Positions 28,212 to 37,767 of a stretch of DNA of 64,000 nucleotides are shown here, piece after piece. The stretch covers positions 4,416 through 68,415 of the forward strand of contig CAZVIP010000002.1 of NCBI GenBank assembly GCA_964627085.1, given 5' to 3'. This DNA is from an uncultured Candidatus Saccharibacteria bacterium (GTDB lineage Bacteria; Patescibacteriota; Minisyncoccia; Phycocordibacterales; CAIZLB01). Position 1 is the first letter of the stretch. The number at the start of each line of letters is the position of its first letter. Under the pieces are notes generated by a model. The model made no database searches, was not told where the DNA came from, and worked only from the letters and a program-made list of their open reading frames with translations. Made by a program: the position numbers and the translations under genes.

Positions 28212-29666
28212 CTAATAAGACTTCGCAAATAACACTCTCTGAGCTGATGGTTTACCTGATTTGATACAGACACCGTCTTCTTTTACTTGATCGAAAGGTA
28301 GACAACGGATAGTTGCACCAGTCTCATCTTTTATTTGTTTTTCTACGTCTGCATCGCCTGACCAATGTGCAAGTACGAATTTGCCATCATTGATTGCTGA
28401 TTCAAAATCAGACCATGTGTCAGCAGTTACTGTATTTGCCACCCTCCTATTCAAAGCTGCGTCGAAGAGACTTTTTTGTATAAGGTCTAATGTATTTTTG
28501 ATTTCAACTTCAATTCCTGAAATTGTTACTTGTGACTTAACTGCAGTATCGCGTCTCACGAGCATTGCTGCATCATTTGCAATATCTTTTGGTCCAAGCT
28601 CGATTCGAACTGGCACACCTTTCTTTTCCCATTCGAAATATTTTTCACCTGGGCGCATATCTCTACTATCGACATGAACTCTAATACCATTTGCCTTAAG
28701 GATATCTGCAATTTCTTTTGCTTTTTGAATAACTGAATCTTTTGTTTCGGCGCTAGGAGTAATGGTTGTAATGACAACTTGGATAGAAGCGATTTTCGGA
28801 GGAAGAACGAGACCTTTGTCATCACTATGAGTCATAATCAAACCACCGATTGTTCGGGTACTCAGACCCCAACTTGTTTGCCAACCAAATTGTTCGACAT
28901 TCTCTTTGTCCAAAAACTTCACATCAAAAGCCTTAGCGAAATTTTGTCCGAGATTATGTGATGTCGCAAACTGAAGAGCCTTGCCATCTTGCATCATGGC
29001 TTCACATGCATATGTGCAATATGCACCTGCGAATTTCTCTGACTCAGATTTCATACCTGGCACAACTGGAATCGCCATATAATTCTCGGCAAAATCTCGA
29101 TAGATATCAAGCATCTCTCTCGCCCTCTTGTCTGCATCATCAAAAGTTTCGTGCACAGTGTGTCCCTCTTGCCACAAAAATTCTGTAGTACGGAGAAATA
29201 GTCTTGTACGCATTTCCCATCTAACAACATTTGTCCACTGATTGATGAGAAGTGGTAAATCTCGATATGATCTTACCCACTTTGAAAAAACCTCATACAT
29301 AATAGTTTCTGAAGTTGGTCTTACGACAAGTGGTTCATCGAGCTTTTTGCCTCCTGCATGTGTGACAACTGCTACCTCTGGTGCAAATCCTTCTACATGA
29401 CTTTCCTCTCTCTTGAGCAATTTCTCAGGGATAAGCATTGGGAAATAAGCATTTTGTACGCCAGTTTCCTTGAATTTTTCATCAAGAATTTTTTGTGTTG
29501 ATTCCCAAATAGCATAACCATATGGTTTGATAACCATAGTTCCCTTGACTGGACCGTAGTCCGCAAGATCAGCAGCATCGATTACATCTAAATACCACTG
29601 CGAATAATCCTCGCTCCGTGGGGTAATTTTCTTTTCTATGTTTTTTTCGTTTGGATTTGAAGTCAT
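28212..29666 (-). CDS. proS: proline--tRNA ligase (archaeal/eukaryotic-type class II)
   Basis: N-terminal YSQWY..ADLADYGPVKG, class II motifs, C-terminal zinc-binding-like tail; start chosen at MTSNPNEK. Confidence 0.85.
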   Translation of the reverse strand: MTSNPNEKNIEKKITPRSEDYSQWYLDVIDAADLADYGPVKGTMVIKPYGYAIWESTQKILDEKFKETGVQNAYFPMLIPEKLLKREESHVEGFAPEVAVVTHAGGKKLDEPLVVRPTSETIMYEVFSKWVRSYRDLPLLINQWTNVVRWEMRTRLFLRTTEFLWQEGHTVHETFDDADKRAREMLDIYRDFAENYMAIPVVPGMKSESEKFAGAYCTYACEAMMQDGKALQFATSHNLGQNFAKAFDVKFLDKENVEQFGWQTSWGLSTRTIGGLIMTHSDDKGLVLPPKIASIQVVITTITPSAETKDSVIQKAKEIADILKANGIRVHVDSRDMRPGEKYFEWEKKGVPVRIELGPKDIANDAAMLVRRDTAVKSQVTISGIEVEIKNTLDLIQKSLFDAALNRRVANTVTADTWSDFESAINDGKFVLAHWSGDADVEKQIKDETGATIRCLPFDQVKEDGVCIKSGKPSAQRVLFAKSY

Positions 29667-29746
29667 ATCTTTTTGTATAAAGCCATAATAGTACAAAGAG
29701 GGCGATAACTCAACAATATTTTCTGCCTTAAAATTTTAAAATTAAA

Positions 29747-30880
29747 CTAAAACAGCGCGAAAATATCTTTGAATGTCACCACAATCATGAGTCCGATGAG
29801 GAGCAAGAAACCAATTGCATTGACCCATCCGACAATTTTTGGATTGAGTCTTCGTCTAATTGTTCCTTCGATAGCGACGATAAGCAATCGTCCACCATCA
29901 AGTGCTGGGAAAGGCACAAGGTTAAGCACAGCAAGGTTTGCAGAAATAATTGCTGTGATAACAAGAAGCGCTGAGAACCCTTGTCTTGCAGATGAACCGA
30001 CAATAGAAGCAATTCCAACTGGACCACTGACACTATTGAGGGCGGCTTTTGCCCCACTGTCAGATGTAAATATTTTTACAATAAAATCATATAGTCCGAC
30101 TGCAACGTTTTGTAGGAGGTTCCATGAACTCTTTGCTCCATATGTAAATGATTCAAAGAAACCAAGTTTAACTGTTCCGACATCTTGCATCGAAATACCA
30201 ACTGCTTTTTTACCTGGGACCACGCCGTCTTTTGGTGTGACTTCATAGATTTTATATGCTCCATCTTTTGCATTATTCCCACTTGTTTGTGTACTTGCTT
30301 TTTCAACAGTAAACATGACTGTACCACTCGCGCTTGAGATGACATTCTGTACCGCAGCAACAGTGAGTGAAGATGATGCGACTGATAGACTTGCGACACT
30401 GCTTTCAACTGCAACTACCGTATCCCCTGCTTCAAGGCCTGCAACCGCTGCAGGACTTCCAGGTGTAGCAAGCATTAAGACGACTGCTTTGTCAGTTACT
30501 TTTTCTGCAGGAAAGCCTTCCACAGCAGATCGTGTACCAAACATAAAAGCAAGTGACAACAAAAGCCATGTCGCAATGACATTAAATGTCACACCAGCAA
30601 TAAGGACAACAGCTTGTTGCCATCTTGGTTTTGACAAAATACTGTCTGGAGTTAATTCATCATTTTCGCTCTCTCCGTGGATTTTCACGTAGCCACCTAG
30701 TGGAATGATGTTGAGCGCGAAGCGTGTGCCTCTTTTTACAAAACTAAAAACTCGTGGCGGGAAACCAATGGCAAATTCATCGACACGAATTTTGAATGAT
30801 TTCGCAGCGAGAAAATGTCCAAGCTCATGAATAAAGACAAGGAAAGTAAGTACAAGTAAAAATATTATTGTTGTTATCAT
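29747..30880 (-). CDS. rseP: RIP metalloprotease RseP (site-2 protease, M50)
   Basis: HELGHFLAAK HExxH in TM1, a PDZ-like insert, and LDGG motif in the C-terminal TM. Confidence 0.8.
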   Translation of the reverse strand: MITTIIFLLVLTFLVFIHELGHFLAAKSFKIRVDEFAIGFPPRVFSFVKRGTRFALNIIPLGGYVKIHGESENDELTPDSILSKPRWQQAVVLIAGVTFNVIATWLLLSLAFMFGTRSAVEGFPAEKVTDKAVVLMLATPGSPAAVAGLEAGDTVVAVESSVASLSVASSSLTVAAVQNVISSASGTVMFTVEKASTQTSGNNAKDGAYKIYEVTPKDGVVPGKKAVGISMQDVGTVKLGFFESFTYGAKSSWNLLQNVAVGLYDFIVKIFTSDSGAKAALNSVSGPVGIASIVGSSARQGFSALLVITAIISANLAVLNLVPFPALDGGRLLIVAIEGTIRRRLNPKIVGWVNAIGFLLLIGLMIVVTFKDIFALF

Positions 30881-30937
30881 GAGCTGGTTTTATTATTAGT
30901 TTTTATTCCGACAGTTTATTTACCGCTTATTGGATAG

Positions 30938-31489
30938 CTAGTTTGCAATTTCAGTTTCTTTTTTTGTGAAAAGAGTCTCCAACTTTTCTGAGCCTTCTTT
31001 TATCTTTTTTTCAACTTCGGCTTTGTTTCGCTCTGCTTCATCTTCACCCATCTCACCTGCCTTTTTCTGAGAGTTGATATCGTCCATCACTTCATTTCTT
31101 TCACGGCGGAGTGCAACACGCGCATCCTCTAATTTGTCCTTTGCAACTTTGACGAGCTGAATTCTTCTCTCGCCTGTGAGCTCTGGGAAAATCACTCGAA
31201 TACCTGATCCATCTGTAACAACTGAGACACCGAGGTTACTGACCGTGAGCGCTTTCTCAATTGATTTAATCTGAGAGTTATCCCATGGACTGATTCTGAT
31301 TGTCTTAGAATCTTCATTTGAAATAGTTGCAAGTGAAGAGATTGGCATTTCACTTCCATATGATTCTACTCGCACACCATCGAGAAAAGAAATAGACGCT
31401 CGGCCTGTTCGGATACCAGAAAGTTCCTTTGCAAGCCATTCTTCTGTGCCTTTAATTTTGTTCTGTAAATTTGTGAAGTTATAAGCCAT
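30938..31489 (-). CDS. frr: ribosome recycling factor
   Basis: 183 aa; conserved RRF pattern ..VRIxFPELTGERRIQLVKVAK..EDARVALR. Confidence 0.85.
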   Translation of the reverse strand: MAYNFTNLQNKIKGTEEWLAKELSGIRTGRASISFLDGVRVESYGSEMPISSLATISNEDSKTIRISPWDNSQIKSIEKALTVSNLGVSVVTDGSGIRVIFPELTGERRIQLVKVAKDKLEDARVALRRERNEVMDDINSQKKAGEMGEDEAERNKAEVEKKIKEGSEKLETLFTKKETEIAN

Positions 31490-31598
31490 AAATGTAGATA
31501 TCTATATGTATTAATTCTGTGTTTTTCTATAATTCTTAAATATAGGTGCATTTTAGCACAATTTTACTTTTTTTCATCTTGGACAGGTTCTTAGAGTC

Positions 31599-32360
31599 TT
31601 AGAGTCGGACCGCTAAATACTCGAGGAGCATCTTTATTGAATTGCCGGGTGCGTGCATATATTTTGATACAGTGGCACAAATTTCGAGGGTCTGTGCTCT
31701 TTCTGAAATTGACTGCTTATTTACTGCGGTCTTTGATGCGGTCTTTTGGTCACCCTGGTCACCAGCGACAACAGCCTCCATTTCATTTATAAAATTCCAT
31801 ACTTCGCTGATTGATATTGTTTCTTTGTCGAGCGCTGTGTGTATGTCTTTGACAGTCGCAAGTCGTGAGTCAATTCCTGAAATCAAGAAATTTTCTGCAT
31901 TCAGTAATTTATTTTTTTCTTTCGAACCTGCATTTGTTGAAATACCATTTGATATGTCATTTTCTGAGCCTGCACTATCTAGATCAAAAGCTGTATGCAA
32001 TACAGAGAATCTTGAACGAAGCGTTGGTATAAGGTGCGGTAAAAAGTCTGTGACCAAAATAATATGCGAACCCTGTGGTGGCTCTTCAGAGATTTTGAGA
32101 AGTGCATTTTGTGCCTGCTCTGTAATAGTTGTTGCATATACAACCACAATCACCTTATCGCCTTTTACAGGTTTTCGAAGGAGTGCATCGTGTATGAGGT
32201 GTGCTTCATCAACACCAAGCTTTTCTGCTACATATGAAAAAGTCATCAAATCTGGATGTGTTTTTGGAAAACCAAGAGTTGTCTCCAGGTGCGAAAGTAT
32301 TGATTTAAATTTTTGCAGATTACCCTCAATCAATTCTGCATGATGCGTGAGTATAGACAT
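31599..32360 (-). CDS. holB: DNA polymerase III delta-prime subunit-like (HolB), N-terminally reduced
   Basis: LLKISEEPP and TLRSRF (sensor-2/SRC) motifs; lacks a recognisable Walker A. Confidence 0.65.
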   Translation of the reverse strand: MSILTHHAELIEGNLQKFKSILSHLETTLGFPKTHPDLMTFSYVAEKLGVDEAHLIHDALLRKPVKGDKVIVVVYATTITEQAQNALLKISEEPPQGSHIILVTDFLPHLIPTLRSRFSVLHTAFDLDSAGSENDISNGISTNAGSKEKNKLLNAENFLISGIDSRLATVKDIHTALDKETISISEVWNFINEMEAVVAGDQGDQKTASKTAVNKQSISERAQTLEICATVSKYMHAPGNSIKMLLEYLAVRL

Positions 32361-32406
32361 GTATAACTATTATTGCCTAAATATTTGTTTTAGCAATATT
32401 ACTCTG

Positions 32407-33420
32407 TTATCTCTTACTAATAATAGTCTTTTTATATGTATCGAGGTGATTGAGTGCCTCGCCTGTACCCTTTACGACGCAATACAATGGGTCATTTGCG
32501 AGAATAGCCTTTACACCAGTCCGTCTATATACGAGCTCTGTGAGATTACGGAGCTGTGATGATCCACCAGTCATTATGATGCCGTTGTCAATAATGTCAG
32601 ACGCAAGTTCTGGTGGAGTCTCCTGTAATACATCTTTAATAGCCATAATCATTTCGCGCAATTCTTTTGCAATCGCTTTTACAATTTCATTTGTTTTGAC
32701 GTCTACAGAGCGTGGAAGTCCGGTGAGAAAGTCACGTCCTTTGATTGTGAGTACGAGTTCTTCTTCGAGTGGAATAGCTGAGCCGACATGGATCTTGATA
32801 TCCTCCGCTGTTCTATCACCGATGGCGAGGTTATAGGTTTTCTTAATGTAATCTGTGATAGCTGCATCAATTCTATTTCCCGCACATTTAACTGAAGTAC
32901 ATGCAACAATACCTCCAAGTGAAATAACGGCAACATCTGTTGTGCCACCGCCAATATCAACAATCATATGCCCCACTGCTTCTTGAATTGAAATACCAGC
33001 TCCGATTGCAGCAAGGATTGGTTCTTTGACGACATAGGCTTGTTTTGCTCCGGCCTTGATTGCGGCTTCGATAACTGCACGTCTCTCGGTCGATGTCACA
33101 CCAGCTGGTACTGAAATCATTACCTCTGGTTTCCAGATATTCCATTTGCCGAGCGCTTTGTTTATAAAATATCTAAGCATCGCCTCAGTCACACGATAAT
33201 CTGCAATAACACCATCACGCATCGGTCTGTACGCGATGATACTGTCAGGAGTTTTACCAATCATATCCTTTGCATCGAGACCCACTGCGAGGATGCGATT
33301 GTCTTGCTCTGAAACAGCCACAACTGAAGGTTCATTGAGAATAATTCCTTTGCCAGGAAAAAATACGAGTGTGTTTGCAGTTCCGAGGTCAATGCCTAAT
33401 TTTTTTGAGAAAATACCCAT
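32407..33420 (-). CDS. MreB/Mbl-family actin-like protein (second paralog)
   Basis: LGIDLGTANT, MIVDIGGGTTD, MTGGSSQL motifs; separate from the mreBCD cluster. Confidence 0.8.
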   Translation of the reverse strand: MGIFSKKLGIDLGTANTLVFFPGKGIILNEPSVVAVSEQDNRILAVGLDAKDMIGKTPDSIIAYRPMRDGVIADYRVTEAMLRYFINKALGKWNIWKPEVMISVPAGVTSTERRAVIEAAIKAGAKQAYVVKEPILAAIGAGISIQEAVGHMIVDIGGGTTDVAVISLGGIVACTSVKCAGNRIDAAITDYIKKTYNLAIGDRTAEDIKIHVGSAIPLEEELVLTIKGRDFLTGLPRSVDVKTNEIVKAIAKELREMIMAIKDVLQETPPELASDIIDNGIIMTGGSSQLRNLTELVYRRTGVKAILANDPLYCVVKGTGEALNHLDTYKKTIISKR

Positions 33421-33541
33421 GCGGTTATATTACCTTCTTTTGCCCCATGTCACAATCTTGACTATTTTAGCCAGAGTAACATATTTATGATAAAGAGCCG
33501 TGGACTTTGGTGTCCACGGCTCTTTTGAAGCCGGAGTTAAA

Positions 33542-33835
33542 TCAGCTGGGATGAATTGAAGAGAACTGATTAATCGCCATTGCAAATACCATTACTTCAA
33601 ATGGTGAAGGTCTACTTGCAATCCAGCCAATCTGTTTTTGCACCTCCTTATACTGTTCCTTACTCATTTCTGCGTTCTCATTTAGTAAATTGATGACAGA
33701 TTGAACAAAAGCATGCCGGAAGGGTGGTAATTGCTTGTCTGAAGGATCGAGAGTGCCGGCAATGTCACTTAGAGCTTTTTTAGCATTCATTTTTTTATAG
33801 GTTTGGGTTGTTTGACTACATCTTTTGAAACTCAT
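33542..33835 (-). CDS. hypothetical protein
   Basis: ORF only. Confidence 0.35.
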   Translation of the reverse strand: MSFKRCSQTTQTYKKMNAKKALSDIAGTLDPSDKQLPPFRHAFVQSVINLLNENAEMSKEQYKEVQKQIGWIASRPSPFEVMVFAMAINQFSSIHPS

Positions 33836-34147
33836 AAAGTTCTAAAAGATGTAGTCAAGACATTACTCTCAAAAAAGATAAGTCTATTAAAGGAATGCAA
33901 CCTAAAGAGTCAGGTGTTTCTGATTGCCACAATAACACAGTTATTAATATATGTAAATAATTATACCCAAATATCTTACAAAGAGTTTTTTGAGAAAAAT
34001 AAACCTTCTTCTCTCGCTCTATGTCCCGTTTTTTCGAACAACTCACGTGCCATTACCTGTAATTCATTTTTATCTTTTTTTGATATGAATTTAATGGTGT
34101 GTCCAGTAGACTTTGCACATATATATAAATAAAATATTTAGATAATC

Positions 34148-34456
34148 ATGAAAAAAGTTAATTCAAGTATGAGCAAATCAATTCCACTACCTATAGATAG
34201 ACCAGAGAGTGCACAGAGCCCGTCTTCGAGCCCATCTTCAGAAAGATTTGATGATAAATTAAATCAATTTGGTGAAAATTTGTACAGCAAAATCATGTCA
34301 GATATGCGGAGTGTACTCTTTGATACAATGGAATTGCAGAGAAATTATTTTGATAAAAAATTCAAAGACCTCACACAGCGCATCGACTTACTTATTTCAG
34401 ATACCGCAGTTAGACAGAATTTAATCGAAGCAAGAGTCACAACACTCGAATCCTAA
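34148..34456 (+). CDS. hypothetical coiled-coil protein (102 aa)
   Basis: ORF only. Confidence 0.4.
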   Translation: MKKVNSSMSKSIPLPIDRPESAQSPSSSPSSERFDDKLNQFGENLYSKIMSDMRSVLFDTMELQRNYFDKKFKDLTQRIDLLISDTAVRQNLIEARVTTLES

Positions 34457-34945
34457 AGTAAAAGTCACCAAAGGAAAAGTCCGGACCCCCTTGCGAGGAT
34501 CCGGACTGGATAGATGTTCTAGGTATATCTCACGTGAGTCAAGGTCACGGAAACTGATTACAGCGATTGGTTTTGTATCCACACAACGATGCACCAACAA
34601 CAGTGCGACGCGGTTAGTTACAGGCAGCAAACCTTTTGTCTGGAATTTTTTCCATCGAACACCCGTCCTGGGTTTGAGGCGCTAGTTATCGCCGCTGTCG
34701 CCCAGGATCGAACGGGATACCAGGAGTGAAGCCGGGGTTGTCCCGCATGAGCGCGAGCGCTGCCGCACTCAATGCTGAATGTTCATGGCTTCCATTGCTG
34801 TTACTGAGAGGCTGGTTTGCCTTCATAGTCAATGTTCCTTTCATTTTGGGCTTGTTGTTTACTGAGGACATTCCTTGGTGTGAATTAGCCGAAGCTCAAA
34901 AGGGTGATATATACTGCTTGGAATTTGCCAAGACAATTGAGTCAC

Positions 34946-34970
34946 CTCCTAAACCTCAACCGAGGTTTTT
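34946..34970 (+). terminator. terminator hairpin aacctc-aacc-gaggtt followed by a T7 run
   Basis: 6-bp stem and tetraloop followed by ttttttt, at the end of a GC-rich noncoding block. Confidence 0.4.
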
Positions 34971-35138
34971 TTCTACAGAGACAAAGAACTGTCACTTATA
35001 TAATTACACATTTTCCCACTTTGTAAACAAGGCGCAGACTTTTACACCTACAATACACACAACGTAGTATGCCTGGTATATTATTTACAAAAAACAAAAA
35101 CCCTTGTCCTTAGGCGTATTTTCTGACAATATACAGAT

Positions 35139-37058
35139 GTGTATCTCATTGGACTATACCCTATTGTCAAAGGTGGTTGGACAGAAGAATTACAGTACTG
35201 GTCAAAAGACCCAATCCCTCCAGGATCAATCATAGAAGCCCCACTCCGGAACAAGCAAATATCTGGTCTAGTTTTTAAATGCGTACCTGTACAAGAGGCC
35301 AAAGGAGAAATTAAATATGCGGATTTCAAAACTAAAAAAATAGAATCAGCAACACCTATTGATATTGTCCGACCTGAATTTATCCAAGCATCGCTCAAGA
35401 CAAGTACTTTTTTTGTACAAAATATTGGCAGTCTACTCAAGGCAGTCATACCTGCATGCGCTTTTGCTGATTTTGAAAAAAATAAAAAGGATAAAAAAAC
35501 TGAGGCACGCGAAGCACAGCAAACAGAAAAGCATGACAAGAAAGCAAATATCGAAGCAATTTCAACTAACACCGAAGACAGACACAGCACATACAGAAGC
35601 CTCATCCGCGAAGAACTAGCACGCAAAAAATCAATACTCCTCATCGCACCGACGACAAGAATCGCAGATCAATTATATGAGTCAATAAAAAAAGGTATTG
35701 AGCATGTCACATATTTGGTACATAGCTCGCTTTCAAAAAAGAAAATTGCCGAGGTGTGGGCTGAAGCAATACAAAATGAACGAAGTGTGGTCATTATCAC
35801 TACCCCACATTTTATGTCTATACCAAGACATGATATTGAAACATTAATTGTAGAAAGCGAATCCTCACGAGGCTACCGCACTTTCAATTCACCCTTGTTC
35901 GACTGGAAAAAACTTATCGAGAATTATTCAAAAGAACTCGGAGCAAGACTTGTCTACGGCGATACTTTCCTTAGTCTCGACACTATATATCGCGTCCATA
36001 ATCATGAGATATATGAGATATTTCCTCTTTCGTACAGAATACAGCAAGATGCCGAGGTTATATTGATAGACATGGTTGAAGCAAAACAAAAGACTGGAAA
36101 ATATTCAGTCCTCAGTGAAGAGCTTGTCTCAATGATTGAATATGCACAGAAAAAGAATCAACAAATATTTATTTTTGCATCACGCCGTGGACTATCACCA
36201 CAAACCATCTGTTCGGACTGTGGCAAAACAGTTATCTGTAAAGTCTGCAAAGCCCCTGTTGTACTACATAAAACAAATAAAGGTGAAAGATATTTCCTTT
36301 GCCATCATTGCGGAAAAGACAGAAGTGCACTCGAGGCATGTAGTAAATGTGCGAGTTGGAATTTGACCACTATTGGAATAGGAAGCGATACAGTGTATGA
36401 AGAAGTTAGAAGACTATTTCCGGAGACACCACTCTTTCGCCTAGATAAAGATAGTGCAAAAGGCGATAAAGAAGCCAAGAAAATTGCCAAAGAATTCTCA
36501 GAATCCAAAGGCGGTGTACTCATCGGAACAGAGACCGCACTCTCATATATTGAGAAAGTGAAATTGGTTGCAGTCGCATCGATGGATAATCTTTTCTCTA
36601 TCCCTGATTTTCGAATCAATGAAAGAATCGCGCATATCTGTATGCGATTATTTGAAATTGCAGAATCATATTTACTGATCCAAAGCAGAAAAACCGATTC
36701 AGAAATCTTGCGCGCCATGAACTCAAAGACACTTGCAGATTTCGTCAAAGAAGAGCTTGCTATGCGTGAAATGCTTTCATACCCACCCTACACATTAATG
36801 GGCAAAGTAGAACTCTCGGGTGACCTCGACACCATCACAAAACAAGCCAAGAAAATCGAAACTCTACTCGCAGAACAAGATCCACTCATTTTCCCTGCTG
36901 TTATCCCAAACAAAAAAGGTAGTGCACTTCACCTCTTGTTCACACTTCCAAAAGACATCTGGGAAAAAGAGACCCGTATACACACTGAGCTCTATCAAAA
37001 ACTAGTATTGATATCAAAGATCTCACCAGTCCTCATAAATCCAGAATCATTTTTGTAA
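35139..37058 (+). CDS. priA: primosomal protein N' (PriA) with degenerate helicase motifs
   Basis: PriA architecture with the Cys4-Cys4 zinc module (CSDCGKT..CKVC..CHHCG..CSKC); Walker A, Walker B (DEEH replaced by ESESS) and the motif VI arginines are not recognisable; GTG start. Confidence 0.75.
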   Translation: MYLIGLYPIVKGGWTEELQYWSKDPIPPGSIIEAPLRNKQISGLVFKCVPVQEAKGEIKYADFKTKKIESATPIDIVRPEFIQASLKTSTFFVQNIGSLLKAVIPACAFADFEKNKKDKKTEAREAQQTEKHDKKANIEAISTNTEDRHSTYRSLIREELARKKSILLIAPTTRIADQLYESIKKGIEHVTYLVHSSLSKKKIAEVWAEAIQNERSVVIITTPHFMSIPRHDIETLIVESESSRGYRTFNSPLFDWKKLIENYSKELGARLVYGDTFLSLDTIYRVHNHEIYEIFPLSYRIQQDAEVILIDMVEAKQKTGKYSVLSEELVSMIEYAQKKNQQIFIFASRRGLSPQTICSDCGKTVICKVCKAPVVLHKTNKGERYFLCHHCGKDRSALEACSKCASWNLTTIGIGSDTVYEEVRRLFPETPLFRLDKDSAKGDKEAKKIAKEFSESKGGVLIGTETALSYIEKVKLVAVASMDNLFSIPDFRINERIAHICMRLFEIAESYLLIQSRKTDSEILRAMNSKTLADFVKEELAMREMLSYPPYTLMGKVELSGDLDTITKQAKKIETLLAEQDPLIFPAVIPNKKGSALHLLFTLPKDIWEKETRIHTELYQKLVLISKISPVLINPESFL

Positions 37059-37149
37059 TTTTTTTCTAGCTACAGGACTTCTGACCGCGAGCCCGCAATT
37101 TTACCTGCCTTTATTTTTTAATTTACTTTTTTTATTCACGTTGGGCAAT

Positions 37150-37713
37150 TTACTTTTTCTCAACAACGCGCACGGCCTCTTTCATTATTTCTCTTGGTAG
37201 TACTATAAAAGAATACAAACCAACAATAATCGCGAGAATTGAAAACTCCAAACCTTTCAGCGGTAAGACACCGATAATAAACTGAAGTCCAAAAAGACTA
37301 AATAAAGAATATGAAAAAGCGGACCCACATGCGGCGCAACCATATCCAATAAAAGCCAATATGGCTGTCCACAAACCACCACCGCTCCACTGATATACCA
37401 CCGAAGCTTTTTTACCCCTGACCCTAAGAAGCTCAAAGAACAAGATCAGATCGGCAACAAAAACCAATGCAGAGATTATCAACAAGACATACTGTGTTAG
37501 TCCCACAAACTGATAACCATGGATACCCAGACTAAACAAATCACAGACTGAATTCCAGATCCCATACCCTTCACCGCGAATAGTTCGCACCAAAGGTAAG
37601 ACCTGAATCAATATCGTACCCCAAAACAATACACACCCAGCAAGTATCGCAATTAATACTGTGCTAGGTGTTCGTATTGATTTGATGTATATTTTTGAAA
37701 AGTCTCTAATCAC
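37150..37713 (-). CDS. VKOR-family membrane protein (candidate disulfide-bond-forming partner of the adjacent DsbA)
   Basis: Polytopic, with CAAC (CxxC) at a TM boundary and additional loop cysteines; adjacent to the DsbA-like gene. Confidence 0.45.
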   Translation of the reverse strand: MIRDFSKIYIKSIRTPSTVLIAILAGCVLFWGTILIQVLPLVRTIRGEGYGIWNSVCDLFSLGIHGYQFVGLTQYVLLIISALVFVADLILFFELLRVRGKKASVVYQWSGGGLWTAILAFIGYGCAACGSAFSYSLFSLFGLQFIIGVLPLKGLEFSILAIIVGLYSFIVLPREIMKEAVRVVEKK

Positions 37714-37767
37714 AATTGATTACACTTATTCCCTATATACGATATACAGGGCGCCGACTACGAAAGA

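Noticed and set aside
31642-32343. 233-aa plus-strand ORF
   Set aside because: Antisense shadow of holB with a Ser/Cys/Ala-rich low-complexity translation.
34457-35138. RNase P RNA or tmRNA assignment for the GC-rich noncoding block
   Set aside because: CR-I-like and ACAGRRAGCAAACC-like strings are present, but the required long-range P4 partner (CCGGACUU) is only found as an immediate local hairpin. No tRNA-like 3' domain or tag-peptide frame was found. The call is left as an unnamed candidate ncRNA.
35081-35644. 187-aa minus-strand ORF
   Set aside because: Entirely antisense to the priA 5' region; its composition is Ser/Leu/Cys-biased. Treated as a shadow ORF.
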